64,000 bases of DNA from Flavobacterium sp. Lineage in GTDB: Bacteria > Bacteroidota > Bacteroidia > Flavobacteriales > Flavobacteriaceae. Where the stretch lies: positions 4,613-68,612 of the forward strand of contig JAYVGC010000063.1 in the NCBI GenBank assembly GCA_043772535.1, given 5' to 3'. A model generated the notes under the pieces. That model was not told the DNA's origin, ran no database searches, and saw nothing but the letters and a program-made list of their open reading frames with translations. Both the position numbers and the translations under genes were made by a program. Shown in pieces: positions 18,192 through 27,923 of the stretch. The first letter of the stretch is position 1, and each line of letters begins with the position of its first letter.

Positions 18192-18213
18192 AATGTGGGC
18201 TAAATGTGGGCTA
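18192..18213. repeat. perfect 2 x 11 nt tandem repeat 'aatgtgggcta'
   Basis: Read directly from the sequence. It lies between the nuclease stop and the tRNA 3' end. Confidence 0.8.
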
Positions 18214-18228
18214 GAAGTAAAAACAAAA

Positions 18229-18266
18229 AACCCTAACTTACTGATTAACAGCGGTTAGGGTTTTTA
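18229..18266. terminator. bidirectional terminator-like hairpin
   Basis: 'aaccctaac' (18229-18237) pairs with 'gttagggtt' (18254-18262), flanked by an A-run and a T-run. Confidence 0.5.
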
Positions 18267-18271
18267 AAAAG

Positions 18272-18356
18272 CGGAGAAAGAGGGATTCGAACCCCCGGAC
18301 CTGTGACAGTCAACAGTTTTCAAGACTGCCGCATTCGACCGCTCTGCCATTTCTCC
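18272..18356 (-). tRNA. tRNA-Ser (anticodon UGA), class II with a long variable arm
   Basis: The reverse complement folds as a cloverleaf. The acceptor stem is GGAGAAA/TTTCTCC plus discriminator G. The anticodon stem is GCAGT/ACTGT with loop CT-TGA-AA. The variable arm is 16 nt and the T arm is GGGGG-TTCGAAT-CCCTC. No CCA is encoded. Confidence 0.92.
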
Positions 18357-18502
18357 AGTGTGAGCAACACAACTATTTTTGGTTTCAAGTGCAAATATAC
18401 AACGCTTTTTGATTAATCCAAATCTAATAGGGATAAAAATTATTATTTTTTTATAAAAAAAAGTAACTATTTAATAGTGAAACGTTTACAATTAAGCAAT
18501 TT

Positions 18503-19636
18503 TTAGTATTTAACGTATTCTGTTATTTCTAAACCATAACCAATCATCCCTACGCGCTTTGTTTGTTCTGTATTTGAAATCAAACGGAGTTTTGAAACAT
18601 CAATATCATGTAATATTTGAGCCCCAATTCCATAATCTTTAGCATCCATTTTTATTTGGGGCGCCTGAACGATGCCGTTTTCTTGCAAAATACGTAACTC
18701 TGCTAACCGATTTAGTAAATCAACTGACTGTACCTCTTGATTAATAAAAATTATAGCACCTCTATCTTCGCTATTTACTTTTGCAAAAATATCATCTAAT
18801 TTTTTATCAATTGTATTTGTTAATGTACCTAAAATATCATTGTTAATTTGTGTGGAATTTATGCGCGTTAGTATAGCCTCACCACTATTCCAACTCCCTT
18901 TAGTTAATGCAAGATGGACTTGATTATTAGTGGTTTGTAAATAGGATCGAAGTCTGAACTCGCCAAATCTGGTTAAGATATTAAAATCCTCTTTTTTTAC
19001 AATCAAACTATCATGTTGCATTCGATACGCTACTAAATCTTCGATTGAAACTAATTTCAAATTAAACTTTTTAGCAACCTCAACTAATTCTGGCAATCGT
19101 GCCATTGAACCATCATCATTCATTATTTCCACAATAACACCAGCCGATTTAAAACCTGCCAGCCGAGCAAAATCAATTGCTGCTTCCGTGTGCCCAGTTC
19201 TTCTTAAAACACCGCCTTGCTTTGCGACTAACGGAAAAATGTGACCAGGACGAGCTAATTCATGAGATTTTGTATTCTCGTGAACTAACGCTAAAATTGT
19301 TTTTGCACGATCGGCCGCAGAAATCCCTGTTGTAACTCCATTTCCTTTTAGATCTACAGAGACCGTAAAAGCTGTTTCCATGTGATCGGTATTATTGCTT
19401 ACCATTGGCCTTAGCCCTAATTCTTTACATCTATTCTCTGTTAACGGGGCACATATCAAACCGCGACCATGTGTAGCCATAAAGTTGATCATCTCGGGAG
19501 TTACTTTTTCTGCCGCAGCTAAAAAATCACCTTCATTTTCTCTATCTTCATCATCTACGACAATAATTATTTTTCCTTGTCTAATAGCTTCTATGGCTTC
19601 CTCAATTGTATTAAGCTTTATTTTTTCAGGTAACAT
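18503..19636 (-). CDS. ribBA: bifunctional 3,4-dihydroxy-2-butanone-4-phosphate synthase / GTP cyclohydrolase II-like protein
   Basis: Has 'VVDDEDRENEGDFL', 'THGRGLICAP', 'RRTGHTEAAIDFARLAG'. 377 aa. Confidence 0.9.
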   Translation of the reverse strand: MLPEKIKLNTIEEAIEAIRQGKIIIVVDDEDRENEGDFLAAAEKVTPEMINFMATHGRGLICAPLTENRCKELGLRPMVSNNTDHMETAFTVSVDLKGNGVTTGISAADRAKTILALVHENTKSHELARPGHIFPLVAKQGGVLRRTGHTEAAIDFARLAGFKSAGVIVEIMNDDGSMARLPELVEVAKKFNLKLVSIEDLVAYRMQHDSLIVKKEDFNILTRFGEFRLRSYLQTTNNQVHLALTKGSWNSGEAILTRINSTQINNDILGTLTNTIDKKLDDIFAKVNSEDRGAIIFINQEVQSVDLLNRLAELRILQENGIVQAPQIKMDAKDYGIGAQILHDIDVSKLRLISNTEQTKRVGMIGYGLEITEYVKY

Positions 19637-21084
19637 TATCGTATTTTTTTTAATGAAAATTTTTTAAAAAATTGCTGAATTGGACTTGTAATTAAATCAA
19701 AACTTATCATTCCACCAATATCATTTGTAGCTCTATATGTAAGCAAAATTGCTAAAGGAGTCAAAATTATTGATGACAGCCATGTTCCTAAAAAAGGTGG
19801 CATTCCGTTTTCTTGTGCAACACGCTTACTAAAAGTATTAATAAAATGAAAGGTTATAAAAATACCTACTGCAAAAACAATGGGCAATCCCAAACCGCCT
19901 TTTCTTATTATTGCTCCTAATGGCGCTCCAATAAAAAACATCAACAAACATGAAAATGCGATCATAAATTTTTCATACAATGCAATCCAATGACTATTAA
20001 TATTTTTATGTTTTGATTCCATCTCTACAATCGAACTGTCAATTGAAAACCCAGTATTTTCAATATTACTTTTAGCTATATTGAGAATATCAATTTTTTT
20101 TAGTGTGTCCACATCCTTAAGTAAATTTACTTTTGATAATTGGATTGGTTGCTGCAAATTGGCTCCTAAATTATTATAATATTGATTCGCAATGCCCGTT
20201 CGCTGATAAATATTTTCCGCATAAGAAGCTACATCCTTTGAATAGTTTTTATTCAACGAATCTAACGTAAACCGAAGTTCATTAACGTTCAACATCGCAT
20301 CTGTAGAAACCGACTCATTATTTGTGTTCACCTGATTTAATTGAGATAAATCTATGTTAATAATATCTTTTTTGAAAGAAGCTTTTGCGAAAGGAATTTT
20401 ATTTACGTCTTGATAATTTTTCGGAATTATATCTTCATAATAGTAGCCATTTGTAAGTTCTAGTTTTAAAATATTTGACGACTCACTACTAATTAATTCT
20501 CCTTTTTTAGATTTTATAACGGTTGTATTTCCTTCTCCGTTAAGTGCTTTTTTATGTATTGTAACTCCCGTTAAAAAATTTCCTTTTTCGCCTGACTTTT
20601 TATCTACTTTAATAGTGTAGCTACCAACCTCACTAAATTGACCCTCGGCAATAGCAAGTGCTGGTTTAACTTGTGCTAAATTGCGTCGAAAGTTAGTGAA
20701 CTTATATTCAGCATAAGGAATGACGTTATTCGCAAAAAAAAATGAAACAACACTTAATAAAACAATAAATATAGTGAGGCTTTTCATCGCTCTTTGTAGT
20801 GAAATTCCTGACGATTTCATAGCAGCAAACTCATAATTTTCAGACAAACTTCCAAACGTCATAATTGATGACAAAACTATTGAAAGTGGCAAAACTAAAG
20901 GTACAATTCGCGGCATATTGTAAAGTAAAAACTTTAAAACCATACCAATATCTAAATCTTTTCCTGCCAATTCATTTATAAATAACCAGACGGTTTGTAA
21001 TACAAAAATAAAAAAAAGTATAATGAACACAGTTCCAAACGTGGAAATAAAAGTTTTTAGTAAGTACTTATCTAGAATTTTCAC
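19636..21084 (-). CDS. LptF/LptG-family (YjgP/YjgQ) permease
   Basis: N-terminus 'MKILDKYLLKTFISTF', multiple TM helices at both ends and a large periplasmic middle domain. 482 aa. Confidence 0.8.
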   Translation of the reverse strand: MKILDKYLLKTFISTFGTVFIILFFIFVLQTVWLFINELAGKDLDIGMVLKFLLYNMPRIVPLVLPLSIVLSSIMTFGSLSENYEFAAMKSSGISLQRAMKSLTIFIVLLSVVSFFFANNVIPYAEYKFTNFRRNLAQVKPALAIAEGQFSEVGSYTIKVDKKSGEKGNFLTGVTIHKKALNGEGNTTVIKSKKGELISSESSNILKLELTNGYYYEDIIPKNYQDVNKIPFAKASFKKDIINIDLSQLNQVNTNNESVSTDAMLNVNELRFTLDSLNKNYSKDVASYAENIYQRTGIANQYYNNLGANLQQPIQLSKVNLLKDVDTLKKIDILNIAKSNIENTGFSIDSSIVEMESKHKNINSHWIALYEKFMIAFSCLLMFFIGAPLGAIIRKGGLGLPIVFAVGIFITFHFINTFSKRVAQENGMPPFLGTWLSSIILTPLAILLTYRATNDIGGMISFDLITSPIQQFFKKFSLKKIR

Positions 21085-21090
21085 AAGTTT

Positions 21091-21753
21091 TTAATCCAAT
21101 TTATTAATATAATATTTAGGGTATTTCGCTGCCACAAAAGTAAATTGATTTTGAGGAATTGGCTGATTGGTTTTGAAAGAATTAACAATTAATGTAGTCT
21201 TTGTGCCATTTCTTCCTACCTCGATCATGTTATAAATGGTTTTTGTTTGAATGTCAATCCCTAACAAAATTTGTTTTCTACTGTCTTTTGCGTTTGTTGG
21301 GCTGAGTTCTATAAATTGAATCTTACGACCTTTACTGTTTTGTAAAATATCCCACTTAAACTTGTACCCAGAATTAAAAAAAGTAAGCATTTTTGAAGGT
21401 GTAATTGCTTTACTATCAGAGTCATCAATATTTGAAATGGCAACCTCTTCATCCTCAGGGTTTATGGTATATGTTTTTTTTCCATCAAAAATTTTGGTAA
21501 CACCCATAAGGTTCAAAACGTACTTATTACCTTGCAGTACAACGTTACCTTTGCTCTCTTGACTGATGTTTTCTTTAGCATTGTTTAACGAATACTTAAA
21601 ATCAATCACAATATTTTTATAACTTTTTATTTTTTGTGTCACTTCGTTTAAAAGCTCTTTTGCTCGTTTGTCTTGTGAAAAGCTTGATTTTGAAGCGAAT
21701 AGCAAAAGTAAAACCACAATGATTTTTTTCATTTTAATTTTGATTTTTTTCAT
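21091..21753 (-). CDS. lolA: LolA-like outer-membrane lipoprotein carrier protein
   Basis: Signal peptide 'MKKIIVVLLLLFASKSSFSQ' (the real start is probably the internal ATG at 21732). Size and position between ftsK and the lptF/G-like gene are typical of Flavobacteriia. Confidence 0.7.
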   Translation of the reverse strand: MKKIKIKMKKIIVVLLLLFASKSSFSQDKRAKELLNEVTQKIKSYKNIVIDFKYSLNNAKENISQESKGNVVLQGNKYVLNLMGVTKIFDGKKTYTINPEDEEVAISNIDDSDSKAITPSKMLTFFNSGYKFKWDILQNSKGRKIQFIELSPTNAKDSRKQILLGIDIQTKTIYNMIEVGRNGTKTTLIVNSFKTNQPIPQNQFTFVAAKYPKYYINKLD

Positions 21754-24232
21754 TATTAAAAAATTGGTCTAAGGCAACCATATCCGAAATAGTAACGCTT
21801 CTGGCTTTACTTCCTTCAAAAGGACCTACAATACCAGCAGCTTCTAACTGATCAATCAAACGCCCAGCACGGTTGTAACCTAATTTTAGTTTTCTTTGCA
21901 ATAATGATGCCGAACCTTGTTGCGAAGTAACAATTATTTCTGCAGCGTCTTTAAATAAAGTATCTCGCTCTGAAATATCAATATCTAATTTTATGCTCTC
22001 GCCTTCACCAACATATTCTGGTAATAAGTAAGCTGTGGCGTATGCTTTTTGCGACCCTATAAAATCGACAATTCGCTCCACCTCTGGTGTATCCACAAAG
22101 GCACATTGCACTCGTACTAAATCATTGCCGTTGGTGTACAATAAGTCACCTCGACCAATCAACTGATCCGCTCCTTGGGTATCTAAAATAGTTCGTGAAT
22201 CGATTTTTGATATTACTCGAAAGGCAATTCGTGCCGGAAAATTGGCCTTTATCATACCGGTAATTACGTTTACCGATGGTCGTTGCGTTGCTATTATTAA
22301 ATGTATTCCAATTGCTCGCGCTAATTGTGCTAAGCGCGCAATGGGAATCTCTACTTCTTTACCCGCTGTCATTATTAAATCGGCAAATTCATCTACAACT
22401 AATATAATATAGGGTAAAAATTGGTGCCCATGCTCTGGATTTAATTTCCGTGCTTTAAATTTATCATTATATTCTTTTATGTTTCGAACCATCGCATCTT
22501 TTAAAAGCGAATAGCGGTTGTCCATTTCGATACAAAGTGAATTTAATGTATTGATTACCTTTGCGTTATCTGTAATAATAGCGTCTTCAGTATCGGGTAG
22601 TTTGGCTAAATAGTGACGCTCAATTTTATTAAAAAGTGTCAATTCTACTTTTTTTGGATCAACCAAAACAAACTTTACTTCGGCAGGATGTTTCTTGTAC
22701 AATAATGATGTTAAAACGGCATTTAAACCCACCGACTTTCCTTGACCTGTGGAACCAGCCATTAGTAAATGTGGCATTTTGGCTAAGTCCACAACAAATG
22801 TTTCATTTGAAATTGTTTTCCCTAACGCAATTGGCAACTCCATTTCAGCTTCTTGAAATTTTGCAGATGCAATTACTGATTTCATTGGTACTATGGTCGG
22901 ATTTTTATTTGGCACTTCAATACCAATTGTTCCTTTGCCTGGAATTGGCGCAATAATACGAATACCTAATGCTGCTAATGAAAGTGCAATGTCATCTTCA
23001 AGACTTTTAATTTTTGAAATACGAATTCCAGCTTCGGGCACTATTTCATATAACGTTACCGACGGCCCAACGGTGGCCTTAATTTGAGCAATATCTATTT
23101 TATAATTGCGAAGGGTTTCGACAATTTTATTTTTATTTTCTTCTAGCTCGCCTTGATTTATTGTAATTCCAACAGTGGCATATTCTTTTAACAAATCAAT
23201 TGGCGGGAATTTAAAATTTGATAAATCTAATTTTGGATCGAACTCTCCAAAGTCAGCAACTAATTTTGCTGCCAAGTTTTCTTCAACAGTACTTTCAACT
23301 ACTTGTGCTTCTACTACAAAATTTTCTTCTGAATGCACAACACTCTGTTTATGAGGTTCTTCAATCATTGAATTTGAAACTTCGAACGGAACATTATTAT
23401 TTTTTAAAATAGATTCCTTATCTAATTGAGAGTGGTTTGAAATAGTTGGCTTTAGGTCGTCTTTATTAATTTCAAATTTAGAAATTGGTTTCAAAACTAT
23501 TTCTTCTAATCCTTCTTCCCCTTCTTTGAATTGCGCATTATCATCCTCATCTGTGGCAAATTCTTCTAAATTATAGCCATTCGAGTGACCTGATGCTCCC
23601 GATAAAGGTATTTTTTTGTCGTTGATAGTATTTTTGTTTGAATTTTCAAAAAAATCTTTTAAAACCTCGGGCGATATTTTAATTTTGTAGAACAAATAAA
23701 TAATTACTCCAAACAGTAAGAGTAATAAAGTTCCAGATTTACCTATAAAATCTTGAAAGAACAAATTCATTTCGTACCCAATAACTCCACCAAGCTCAGG
23801 TAAACTTGTAAAAAAAAATCCTAAAATTATCGATAAAATTAGTACTGCATACACATTCCAAAACCAAATTGATTTGAGTTTTTTAAGTGGCAAGCCCATT
23901 ATGAGGTATGCTCCAGTTAAAAAAAACACAAGTACTAATAAAAAAGAAGCTAAACCAAAACCCTTATAAATAAACAAATCAGCCAAAAAAGCACCTATTT
24001 TTCCAAGCCAATTTTCGGCCACTTCACTCCTATCCGCAATTGCACCTACAACACTTTGGTCGGACTGACCATTAACAAAAAATGAAATAAAAGCAACTAA
24101 TAACGCAACAGAAAAAAGTAACAGAAAAAACCCAAGTACAACTTTGTGCTGTTTTTCAAATTGGAAAGGAATTTTTTCATCTAAATTATTTTTTTTGCTT
24201 GCAGTCGCCTCTTTTTTTACTGTTTTAGCCAT
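21734..24232 (-). CDS. ftsK: DNA translocase FtsK/SpoIIIE
   Basis: N-terminal TM helices, Walker A 'MAGSTGQGKSVGLN', 'LVVDEFADLIM', 'ATQRPSV', and a C-terminal gamma-domain-like 'GSASLLQRKLKLGYNRAGRLIDQLE'. Confidence 0.93.
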   Translation of the reverse strand: MAKTVKKEATASKKNNLDEKIPFQFEKQHKVVLGFFLLLFSVALLVAFISFFVNGQSDQSVVGAIADRSEVAENWLGKIGAFLADLFIYKGFGLASFLLVLVFFLTGAYLIMGLPLKKLKSIWFWNVYAVLILSIILGFFFTSLPELGGVIGYEMNLFFQDFIGKSGTLLLLLFGVIIYLFYKIKISPEVLKDFFENSNKNTINDKKIPLSGASGHSNGYNLEEFATDEDDNAQFKEGEEGLEEIVLKPISKFEINKDDLKPTISNHSQLDKESILKNNNVPFEVSNSMIEEPHKQSVVHSEENFVVEAQVVESTVEENLAAKLVADFGEFDPKLDLSNFKFPPIDLLKEYATVGITINQGELEENKNKIVETLRNYKIDIAQIKATVGPSVTLYEIVPEAGIRISKIKSLEDDIALSLAALGIRIIAPIPGKGTIGIEVPNKNPTIVPMKSVIASAKFQEAEMELPIALGKTISNETFVVDLAKMPHLLMAGSTGQGKSVGLNAVLTSLLYKKHPAEVKFVLVDPKKVELTLFNKIERHYLAKLPDTEDAIITDNAKVINTLNSLCIEMDNRYSLLKDAMVRNIKEYNDKFKARKLNPEHGHQFLPYIILVVDEFADLIMTAGKEVEIPIARLAQLARAIGIHLIIATQRPSVNVITGMIKANFPARIAFRVISKIDSRTILDTQGADQLIGRGDLLYTNGNDLVRVQCAFVDTPEVERIVDFIGSQKAYATAYLLPEYVGEGESIKLDIDISERDTLFKDAAEIIVTSQQGSASLLQRKLKLGYNRAGRLIDQLEAAGIVGPFEGSKARSVTISDMVALDQFFNNEKNQN

Positions 24233-24265
24233 TTTAAAGTTAGTGTGAATTCGTGTAAATAACGA

Positions 24266-24637
24266 TTAAAATTTAGGAATATAAATAATACAAAGTATCG
24301 AAAACGCAGTTAACGCAGCAAAAAAAACTGCTCCCGCTGCGATGTCTTTTATAAAACCAATGCGCTCATGAAACTCTGGATGAATAAAATCGGCAATTTT
24401 TTCAGTTGCAGTGTTCAATCCTTCGACACTCAAAACCAAACCAAAAGCTAAAATTTGAAACATCCACTCGGTACTAGAAATAGAATAATAAAAACCCAAA
24501 ATCGTTGCACCTACCATTACAATCGATTGCACCATTATGCTGTGCTCGGTCGTTAATAACTTTATTGCTCCATTAAACGCAAATCCGACGCTTTTTAATC
24601 TACCGGTAAAAAAAGTGTTGTCTTTTTGAAACTCCAT
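24266..24637 (-). CDS. dgkA: diacylglycerol kinase family membrane protein
   Basis: 123 aa with three TM helices; 'EHSIMVQ', 'VLSVEGLNTATEKIADFIHPE'. Confidence 0.75.
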   Translation of the reverse strand: MEFQKDNTFFTGRLKSVGFAFNGAIKLLTTEHSIMVQSIVMVGATILGFYYSISSTEWMFQILAFGLVLSVEGLNTATEKIADFIHPEFHERIGFIKDIAAGAVFFAALTAFSILCIIYIPKF

Positions 24638-24646
24638 ATTTTAAAT

Positions 24647-25144
24647 TTAAAGTACAGCTAAAGCCGCTTCATAATTGGGTTCATTAGCGATTTCTGCAAC
24701 TTGTTCTGCATAAATGACCATAGCGTTTTCATCTAAAACCAAAACTACGCGCGAATGTAAACCGCTAAAAGCGCTATCAACTATTTCTAAACCGTAATCG
24801 CGTCCGAACGCACCCGTTTTAAAATCAGATAAATTCTCTACATTTTCTAATCCTTCAGCACCACAAAAACGTTTTTGAGCAAAAGGTAAATCTCTCGAAA
24901 TGCATAAAACCTTGGTGTTATTTAGAGTGCTTGCTTTTTCATTAAATTTTCTAACTGATGCAGCACAAGTTCCCGTGTCAACACTTGGAAAAATAGAAAG
25001 CACCAGCTTTATACCTTTATAATCACTGAGTTTTACTGCCGATAAGTCACCTTTAATCAATTCAAATTCAGGTGCCTTTGTACCTACTTTTGGTAAATTT
25101 CCTATGGTATTTATAGGATTTCCACCTAACATAACTGTCGCCAT
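24647..25144 (-). CDS. tpx: thiol peroxidase (atypical 2-Cys peroxiredoxin)
   Basis: Has 'FPSVDTGTCA' (peroxidatic Cys) and 'DLPFAQKRFCGAEG' (resolving Cys). The start was trimmed to the ATG at 25144 because the track start at 25168 is TTG. Confidence 0.88.
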   Translation of the reverse strand: MATVMLGGNPINTIGNLPKVGTKAPEFELIKGDLSAVKLSDYKGIKLVLSIFPSVDTGTCAASVRKFNEKASTLNNTKVLCISRDLPFAQKRFCGAEGLENVENLSDFKTGAFGRDYGLEIVDSAFSGLHSRVVLVLDENAMVIYAEQVAEIANEPNYEAALAVL

Positions 25145-25253
25145 TTTAGTTTTTTTTTTAGAGTTCAAAAGTAGTGAAAAAAAATTACATTAGTAAATTC
25201 AAATCATAAGAATTAGAATTTTAAAAAAATGTTAATTATTTTCAACTCAAGCT

Positions 25254-25279
25254 TATATATTGTAATATTGCAATATATA
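25254..25279. promoter_or_regulatory. near-perfect 26-bp palindrome, candidate ArsR operator overlapping the arsR promoter
   Basis: 'tatatattgtaatattgcaatatata' differs from its own reverse complement at 2 positions. It ends 12 nt before the arsR ATG. Confidence 0.5.
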
Positions 25280-25290
25280 AATATATAAAA

Positions 25291-25614
25291 ATGGGAGTTT
25301 CTAAAACACAATTATTTACAACACCTCAAAACGACATGGCTACCATTTGCAAAGCACTTGCGCACCCTGCACGAATTGCCATAATAGAATACTTACTGTC
25401 GGTTAATAGCTGCATTTGCGGCGATATTGTGAACGTCGTACCTCTTGCTCAGCCCACTGTTTCCCAACATCTTAAAGAATTAAGAAATGCTAACATTATA
25501 ATGGGCACTATTGAAGGTACCGCAATTTGCTACTGTTTAAACCAAAAAGTTATTGCAAAATTTAAAAACTATTTTGCACTTTTTTCATCGCAATTAGATT
25601 TAAAATGTTGTTAG
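25291..25614 (+). CDS. arsR: ArsR/SmtB-family metalloregulatory repressor
   Basis: Has 'ALAHPARIAIIEYL', 'CICGDIV' (metalloid-binding Cys pair), 'VSQHLKELRNANII'. Confidence 0.88.
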   Translation: MGVSKTQLFTTPQNDMATICKALAHPARIAIIEYLLSVNSCICGDIVNVVPLAQPTVSQHLKELRNANIIMGTIEGTAICYCLNQKVIAKFKNYFALFSSQLDLKCC

Positions 25615-25656
25615 TAAAAACGCAATTGTACACAAAATAATTAAAATAAAGAGTCA

Positions 25657-25700
25657 AAATTAAACTGTCACAAATTAAACTGTCACAAATTAAAAATCAC
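25657..25700. repeat. about 3 tandem copies of a 15-nt unit 'aaattaaactgtcac' (third copy degenerate)
   Basis: Read directly from the sequence. It lies just downstream of the arsR stop, inside a 553-nt ORF-free spacer. Confidence 0.7.
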
Positions 25701-26167
25701 CGCAAAAATTCGAGCTTAATTCTACTCAATTAGCATGTAATATTGTAATTCCGTCGCATTTTTATGCTACTTAAATGATTTTCTTACTAATAACCTTAAG
25801 TAATTCTGAAAGCAATTATCGCAAAGAACGACAGTCATATTTCAACTTTAATTTTCAATCGATTGACGGCAACGATTAACCTAAATTAAAGAAATATACA
25901 TCGAAAAAATGGTGCAAAATTTAATGATGATTTTAATTATAAAATAGAAAGTAAAACTTATATGAGCTCAAGAGTAGGCACATTTGAACTACAATTTATA
26001 AAAATCAAATTTATTTTTTGTACTGAATAACTTGTATGGCTTAATAATCGTTCGAGTAGTATTTAATAAAAATAAAAAAAGCAATACCAATTTTAGTGAT
26101 CAATGACAAAAAAATCTTATAACGCACGTACTTTTTATTAACTAAAAAATCAAAAAAAAACTTCAAA

Positions 26168-26800
26168 ATGACAAAATCGCAATCAACCTTGTTTATAGAG
26201 ATAGAAAAAACAATAGAACAGTTAAAGTTTGAAGAAATTTCAGCAGCACGAAAAGCAATGTTGCAACCGCTAATAAAATTTATTCAATCAAAAGTAAATG
26301 AACAAAAAGAAATCAAACTCAATTTAATATGCACGCACAATTCGCGTAGAAGTCATTTAGCGCAAGTTTGGGCGCAGACTGCAGCAGCATATTTCAACCT
26401 AAAAAATGTTTTTTGCTATTCGGGCGGAACTCAAGTTACTGCACTTTTTTATATGGTTATAAAAACTTTAGTAAGACAAGGATTTCAAGTAAACGCAATT
26501 TCAGATGGCTGTAACCCTAATTACGCCATCAACTATTCTCAAAACGAACCTCCAATTATTGGTTTTTCTAAAAAATATAACGATGCTTTTAATCCACAAA
26601 GCGAATTTGCCGCAGTACTAACATGTTCGCAGGCTGATACCGATTGCCCTTTGGTTATTGGTGCCGAAAAACGAATTTCACTATCTTTTGAAGACCCAAA
26701 AGCCCATGACCACACAACTCAACAATCACAAAAATACCACGAAACCAGCCTGCAAATTGCTACTGAAATGTGGTATGTTTTTTCACAAATTAAACAATAA
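26168..26800 (+). CDS. arsC: arsenate reductase / low-molecular-weight protein-tyrosine-phosphatase family, with an N-terminal extension
   Basis: CX5R P-loop 'CTHNSRRS' and downstream Cys residues in '[11 protein letters not shown]'. It sits between arsR and acr3. Confidence 0.8.
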   Translation: MTKSQSTLFIEIEKTIEQLKFEEISAARKAMLQPLIKFIQSKVNEQKEIKLNLICTHNSRRSHLAQVWAQTAAAYFNLKNVFCYSGGTQVTALFYMVIKTLVRQGFQVNAISDGCNPNYAINYSQNEPPIIGFSKKYNDAFNPQSEFAAVLTCSQADTDCPLVIGAEKRISLSFEDPKAHDHTTQQSQKYHETSLQIATEMWYVFSQIKQ

Positions 26801-26802
26801 CT

Positions 26803-27879
26803 ATGGCAACAAATAACAGCAACCCCAAACTAAACAGAAAAAAGTTAGGTTTTCTTGATCGCTTTTTAACACTTTGGATATTTATTGCAATGGCAACAGG
26901 TATTTCCATAGGATACTTTATCCCGTCAAGCAGCGGCTTTATAAATTCATTTTCGAGCGGCACCACAAATATTCCGTTGGCCATCGGACTAATTTTAATG
27001 CTTTATCCGCCGCTAGCCAACGTAAAATATGAGCAAATGGGAACAATTTTTAAAAAACCAAAAATTCTAGGCGTTTCGTTGTTTTTAAATTGGATTGTTG
27101 GCCCTTTATTCATGTTTGCTTTGGCTGTACTGTTCCTAAAAGATACCCCTGAATACATGATAGGATTAATTTTGATCGGTTTAGCCCGATGCATCGCTAT
27201 GGTAGTTGTTTGGAACGATATCGCTCATGGAAACCGAGAATATGCAGCAGGCTTAATTGCCTTAAATAGTATTTTTCAGGTAGTACTTTATAGTGCTTAC
27301 GCCTACTTTTTTATCACAATACTACCCCCGTATTTTGGATTTAAAGGTGCATTAGTGTCAATTAGTGTGGTTGAAATTGCCAAAAGCGTCGGACTCTATT
27401 TAGGAATTCCGTTTGTACTTGGCATCATTACACGTTACTCATTGTTATATCTTAAAGGCGACGATTGGTACCAAAAAAAATATATTCCACTAATTTCGCC
27501 TTTAACATTACTTGCATTACTTTTTACAATACTTATTATGTTTAGTATCAAAGGCGAACTTATCGTTCAATTACCTATCGATGTGCTAAAAATTGCCTTG
27601 CCATTAGTTATCTATTTTACGGTAATGTTTGTTATTAGTTTTCTTGCAGGTATTTATTTTGGTGCAAATTATTCAACAACAACTGCAATCGCATTTACCG
27701 CAACAGGTAATAATTTTGAATTAGCCATTGCGGTTGCCATCGGTGTTTTTGGCATTAATAGCGGTCAGGCTTTTACAGGCGTAATTGGTCCTTTAGTGGA
27801 AGTGCCCGCACTAATTGCCTTAGTAAATGTTGCCTTTTGGTTCAAAAAAAAATATTATTACCCGCAAAAAAATAACTAA
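26803..27879 (+). CDS. acr3: ACR3-family arsenite efflux permease
   Basis: Has '[13 protein letters not shown]', '[13 protein letters not shown]' and about 10 TM helices. It starts 2 nt after arsC. Confidence 0.9.
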   Translation: MATNNSNPKLNRKKLGFLDRFLTLWIFIAMATGISIGYFIPSSSGFINSFSSGTTNIPLAIGLILMLYPPLANVKYEQMGTIFKKPKILGVSLFLNWIVGPLFMFALAVLFLKDTPEYMIGLILIGLARCIAMVVVWNDIAHGNREYAAGLIALNSIFQVVLYSAYAYFFITILPPYFGFKGALVSISVVEIAKSVGLYLGIPFVLGIITRYSLLYLKGDDWYQKKYIPLISPLTLLALLFTILIMFSIKGELIVQLPIDVLKIALPLVIYFTVMFVISFLAGIYFGANYSTTTAIAFTATGNNFELAIAVAIGVFGINSGQAFTGVIGPLVEVPALIALVNVAFWFKKKYYYPQKNN

Positions 27880-27923
27880 AATTTTGAAAATATAAAATAA
27901 AGATCAAATTTTAAAACCACAAT

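Larger units (their letters stand above)
1..18271. mobile_element. putative integrative genomic island (replication/mobility module plus defence cargo) abutting the 3' end of tRNA-Ser; left boundary outside the window
   Basis: Holds two HTH_17-like genes, a primase/DUF3987-like gene, a Type I R-M system and TA-like modules next to a tRNA 3' end. Housekeeping genes start immediately beyond the tRNA. No integrase and no att direct repeat could be identified inside the window. Confidence 0.45.

Noticed and set aside
1-18271. Integrase, transposase or relaxase genes that would define the island type.
   Set aside because: None of the ORFs shows tyrosine-recombinase (R..H..R..Y), DDE or relaxase motifs that I could recognise. 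The recombinase is presumably outside the window, so the island call stays tentative.
19600-19700. FMN riboswitch upstream of ribBA.
   Set aside because: The ribBA start codon overlaps the stop of the upstream lptF/G-like gene, so there is no leader region to hold a riboswitch.
25657-25700. Possible CRISPR array from the 'aaattaaactgtcac' tandem repeat.
   Set aside because: The units are only 15 nt and directly abutting with no spacers. There are at most 3 copies and no cas genes in the window.
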